Shown here: positions 61,675 through 64,000 of the stretch, piece after piece
How the letters are laid out: each line of letters opens with the position of its first letter
Numbering within the stretch: the stretch's first letter is position 1
NCBI GenBank assembly: GCA_964430565.1
Contig: CAYSFD010000056.1
Span: forward strand, 34,888-98,887
Direction: 5' to 3'
Source of the DNA: an uncultured Enterobacteriaceae bacterium
Lineage (GTDB): Bacteria; Pseudomonadota; Gammaproteobacteria; Burkholderiales; SG8-39
DNA length: 64,000 bases
Notes under the pieces: generated by a model
What the model was told of the DNA's origin: nothing
What the model saw: only the letters and a program-made list of their open reading frames with translations
Database searches by the model: none
Made by a program: the position numbers and the translations under genes

Positions 61675-63855
61675 ATGGTATCGACGACACGCTCAGACCT
61701 CGCTGAGATCGGCGAACCCGATGTCCTGAACGTCGGGATTTCCGACGAGGGCCGGCGCACGCTCGCCCAGGCGCTTGAGTTTGCGGCGAGCATCTACGGC
61801 GATAAGCTCCTCGGCACGGGCGAGCCCGCCTACAGCCACGCGCTGGGACTGGCACGCAATATAGCCGAATTGCGGCTTGACGCCGATACGCGCGTCGCGG
61901 GCCTGCTGTTTGCCGTTCCGGTTTATCTCCCCGAACCGGAGGAGAAGCTCAAATCGATGTTTGGAGCGACTGTCGCTTCGCTGGTCGCAGGTATCAGCCG
62001 GATCAACGAGCTGCGCGTGGTCACGCGGACCGCGGCGCTCGCCAAGGGCTCGGGTGCGCAGAACGAAGTGCTGCGCAAGATGATGCTCGCCATGGTCGAG
62101 GATATCCGCGTGGTGCTTCTGCGGCTCGCGAGCCGCACTCAGACTCTGCGCTGGCTTGCGCACGCGCCCGAGGGCGAGAGGAGGGCGGTAGCGCAGGAGA
62201 CGGTCGATATCTACGCGCCGCTCGCCAACCGACTGGGCGTGTGGCAGCTCAAGTGGGAGCTTGAGGATCTGTCGTTCCGCTACCTCGAGCCTGCGCTGTA
62301 CAAGCGCGTTGCCGGCATGCTTGATGCGCGCCGTGAAGAACGTGAAACCCTGGTCGAGCAAGCGATAAGAGCATTGTCCGGCGAGCTCGCACGGGCAGGC
62401 ATCCGCGCCGAAATCAGCGGCCGGCCGAAGCACCTCTACAGCATCTATACGAAGATGCGCGCCAAATCGCTCGACTTTTCCGAGATCCATGACGTCAGCG
62501 GCCTGCGCGTGCAGGTGGACGACGTGCCGGACTGCTACACGGTGCTCGGTGTCGTTCACAACCTGTGGGCGCCGATCCCAAGGGAATTCGACGACTATAT
62601 CTCGCGGCCCAAAACGAACGGCTACCGTTCGCTCCACACGGCGGTGATCGGTCCGGAAGGGAAGGCCCTGGAAGTGCAGATTCGCACCCATGAGATGCAC
62701 CGCGAAGCCGAGCTTGGCGTTGCCGCGCACTGGCGCTACAAGGAAAACGTGAAGCGCCCCACCGCCAAAGGCGATCCGTTCGACGAGAAAATCGCCCTGC
62801 TGCGGCAGATGCTCGCGTGGCGCGACGAGATCGTCGATGCCTCCGATTGGGTCGAGCAGTCCAAGCACGCGACGCTCGACGACACGGTCTACGTGCTCAC
62901 GCCGCAGGGCAAGGTCATCGACCTGCCGCAAGGAGCGACGCCGGTGGACTTCGCCTATGCGCTGCACACCGACGTCGGCCACCGCTGCCGCGGCGCCAAG
63001 GTCAACGGCGCCATTGTGCCGCTCGATTACCGGCTGAAGAACGCCGATCGGGTTGATATCATCTCTGCGAAAATCGGGGGCCCGAGCCGCGACTGGCTGA
63101 ATCCCGCGCTTGGCACCATCAAGAGCTCTCGCGCCCGTAACAAGATCCGGCAGTGGTTCAACAGCCGGGAAATCGCGAGCGTCATCGCTGCGGGGCGCAC
63201 CGCCGTCGAGCGCGAGCTGCAGCGCGAGGGAAAACGCTCCGCCAGCCTCGAGGAGCTGGCTCAACGCCTTGGGTTCGATCGGGCCGAAGACCTCTTTGCC
63301 GCGGTGGGACGCGAGGAAGTCGGACCGCGGCAACTGCAGACCGCGCTGCGCGGCAAAGCGCAGCCGGCGCAAGCGCAGCCGCCGCAGGTGAAGGCTGGCA
63401 GGACCGGAAAGCCGGACAGCGGAATCCTGGTCGTCGGGGTGGAGCGCGTGCTCACGCAGCTCGCGCGCTGCTGCAAGCCGGCGCCGCCCGACCGGATTTC
63501 GGGTTTCGTGACCAAGGGGCGTGGAGTCTCGGTGCACCGGCGCGACTGCCCAAGCTTCGCGCGGATGTTCGCGCGTCATCCCGAACGCAGGATCGCCACC
63601 GAATGGGGCGAGCGCGGAAGCCAGGTCTATCCGGTGGACATCATCGTGCGCGGGAACGACCGGCAAGGGCTGCTTCGCGATGTCACGGAAACGCTGACTC
63701 GGGAGAAGACCAAGGTTGTCGCCGCAAAGACGCAGACCCGCCACAGCATCGCTTCGATGTACTTCACGGTTGAAGTTGTGGACACCGAACAGATGCAGCG
63801 CATCCTGTCCGCGATCGAAGGGGTGCGGGGCGTCCTCGCCGCAGCGCGGCGCTGA
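61675..63855 (+). CDS. relA: RelA/SpoT-family (p)ppGpp synthetase (RelA-type, degenerate HD region)
   Basis: Synthetase core (RPKHLYSIYTKM...DVSGLRVQV...YRSLHTAV...EVQIRTHEMH), TGS (VYVLTPQGKVIDLPQGATPVDFAY), the CC/zinc-finger region (CCKPAPPDRISGF...VHRRDC) and ACT. ATG 61675 is preferred over TTG 61669. Confidence 0.9.
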   Translation: MVSTTRSDLAEIGEPDVLNVGISDEGRRTLAQALEFAASIYGDKLLGTGEPAYSHALGLARNIAELRLDADTRVAGLLFAVPVYLPEPEEKLKSMFGATVASLVAGISRINELRVVTRTAALAKGSGAQNEVLRKMMLAMVEDIRVVLLRLASRTQTLRWLAHAPEGERRAVAQETVDIYAPLANRLGVWQLKWELEDLSFRYLEPALYKRVAGMLDARREERETLVEQAIRALSGELARAGIRAEISGRPKHLYSIYTKMRAKSLDFSEIHDVSGLRVQVDDVPDCYTVLGVVHNLWAPIPREFDDYISRPKTNGYRSLHTAVIGPEGKALEVQIRTHEMHREAELGVAAHWRYKENVKRPTAKGDPFDEKIALLRQMLAWRDEIVDASDWVEQSKHATLDDTVYVLTPQGKVIDLPQGATPVDFAYALHTDVGHRCRGAKVNGAIVPLDYRLKNADRVDIISAKIGGPSRDWLNPALGTIKSSRARNKIRQWFNSREIASVIAAGRTAVERELQREGKRSASLEELAQRLGFDRAEDLFAAVGREEVGPRQLQTALRGKAQPAQAQPPQVKAGRTGKPDSGILVVGVERVLTQLARCCKPAPPDRISGFVTKGRGVSVHRRDCPSFARMFARHPERRIATEWGERGSQVYPVDIIVRGNDRQGLLRDVTETLTREKTKVVAAKTQTRHSIASMYFTVEVVDTEQMQRILSAIEGVRGVLAAARR

Positions 63856-64000
63856 TCCAGATCCCACCGTAGCGGCTGCAGGGTCGCGTAGTCGCCTGGC
63901 GTACGCATCTGCGCGAAACTTAGATAGTCGAACAGTACGCCCCCAGCGGGCAGGCAGGCCGTGCCTGCTCGCATACCCGGGCCCAAAAATTGCTGTTGGT

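Noticed and set aside
63856-64000. A possible 3' end of a minus-strand gene after relA. One frame ends ...NFWARVCEQARPACPLGAYCSTI-TAA at 63920; another frame is the 119-aa ORF-track entry 63627-63986.
   Set aside because: It is too short to recognise. The listed 119-aa ORF would overlap relA by ~230 nt, and the alternative frame has only 27 codons in the window. I left it uncalled.
1-64000. I searched for CRISPR arrays, rRNA, transposases, integrases and phage genes, and for tRNA-adjacent genomic islands.
   Set aside because: No regularly spaced direct repeats, no recognisable IS, integrase or phage proteins, and both tRNAs are embedded in conserved housekeeping contexts (thrS cluster, ihfA-merR).

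Overview
This is a GC-rich chromosomal segment. Its gene content and order look like a Burkholderiales-type betaproteobacterium: three orphan Bug/TctC-family binding proteins plus several conserved blocks. Those blocks are cysS next to ppiA-ppiB-lpxH, hrcA-hemH-grpE-dnaK-dnaJ, nadK-recN, tRNA-Val-thrS-infC-rpmI-rplT-pheS-pheT-ihfA-merR-tRNA-Pro, phaC-phaB-phaB-phaR, rimO, prfB-lysS, recJ, lolCD, ada/alkA-ogt, comEC and relA. I call about 60 protein genes, 2 tRNAs, one multiply disrupted pseudogene, three toxin-antitoxin pairs (MntA/HepT, HigBA-like, VapBC) and two families of REP/MITE-like palindromic repeats. I saw no rRNA, CRISPR array, transposase, integrase or prophage genes. Many ORF-track entries are stop-free antisense or out-of-frame ORFs typical of high-GC DNA, and several real genes start downstream of the listed ORF start (dnaJ, dnaK, recN, thrS, infC, rpmI, ihfA, tctC, phaC, rimO, the sensor kinase, the response regulator, ogt, prfB). 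Sequence-visible regulatory signals include two RpoH-type promoters (grpE, dnaK), the prfB +1 frameshift site, a non-AUG infC start, a strong sigma70-like phaC promoter sharing a 9-mer with the phaR upstream region, and autoregulation-type palindromes at TA promoters. I do not see an unambiguous new system such as a defence island. The best candidates for undescribed biology are four. (1) A translationally coupled three-gene operon at 23.9-26.5 kb: an HTH-like protein, its truncated paralog and a six-module lipoprotein. (2) A hybrid kinase and LuxR regulator flanking an 816-aa repeat lipoprotein at 33.5-38.5 kb. (3) An M90 metallopeptidase gene followed by an uncharacterized protein with a caspase-like His...Cys arrangement at 60.2-61.6 kb. 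(4) Twin hairpins with an identical 16-nt core in the tRNA-Val/thrS spacer. All family assignments rest on motifs I recognise by eye; no database search was run.
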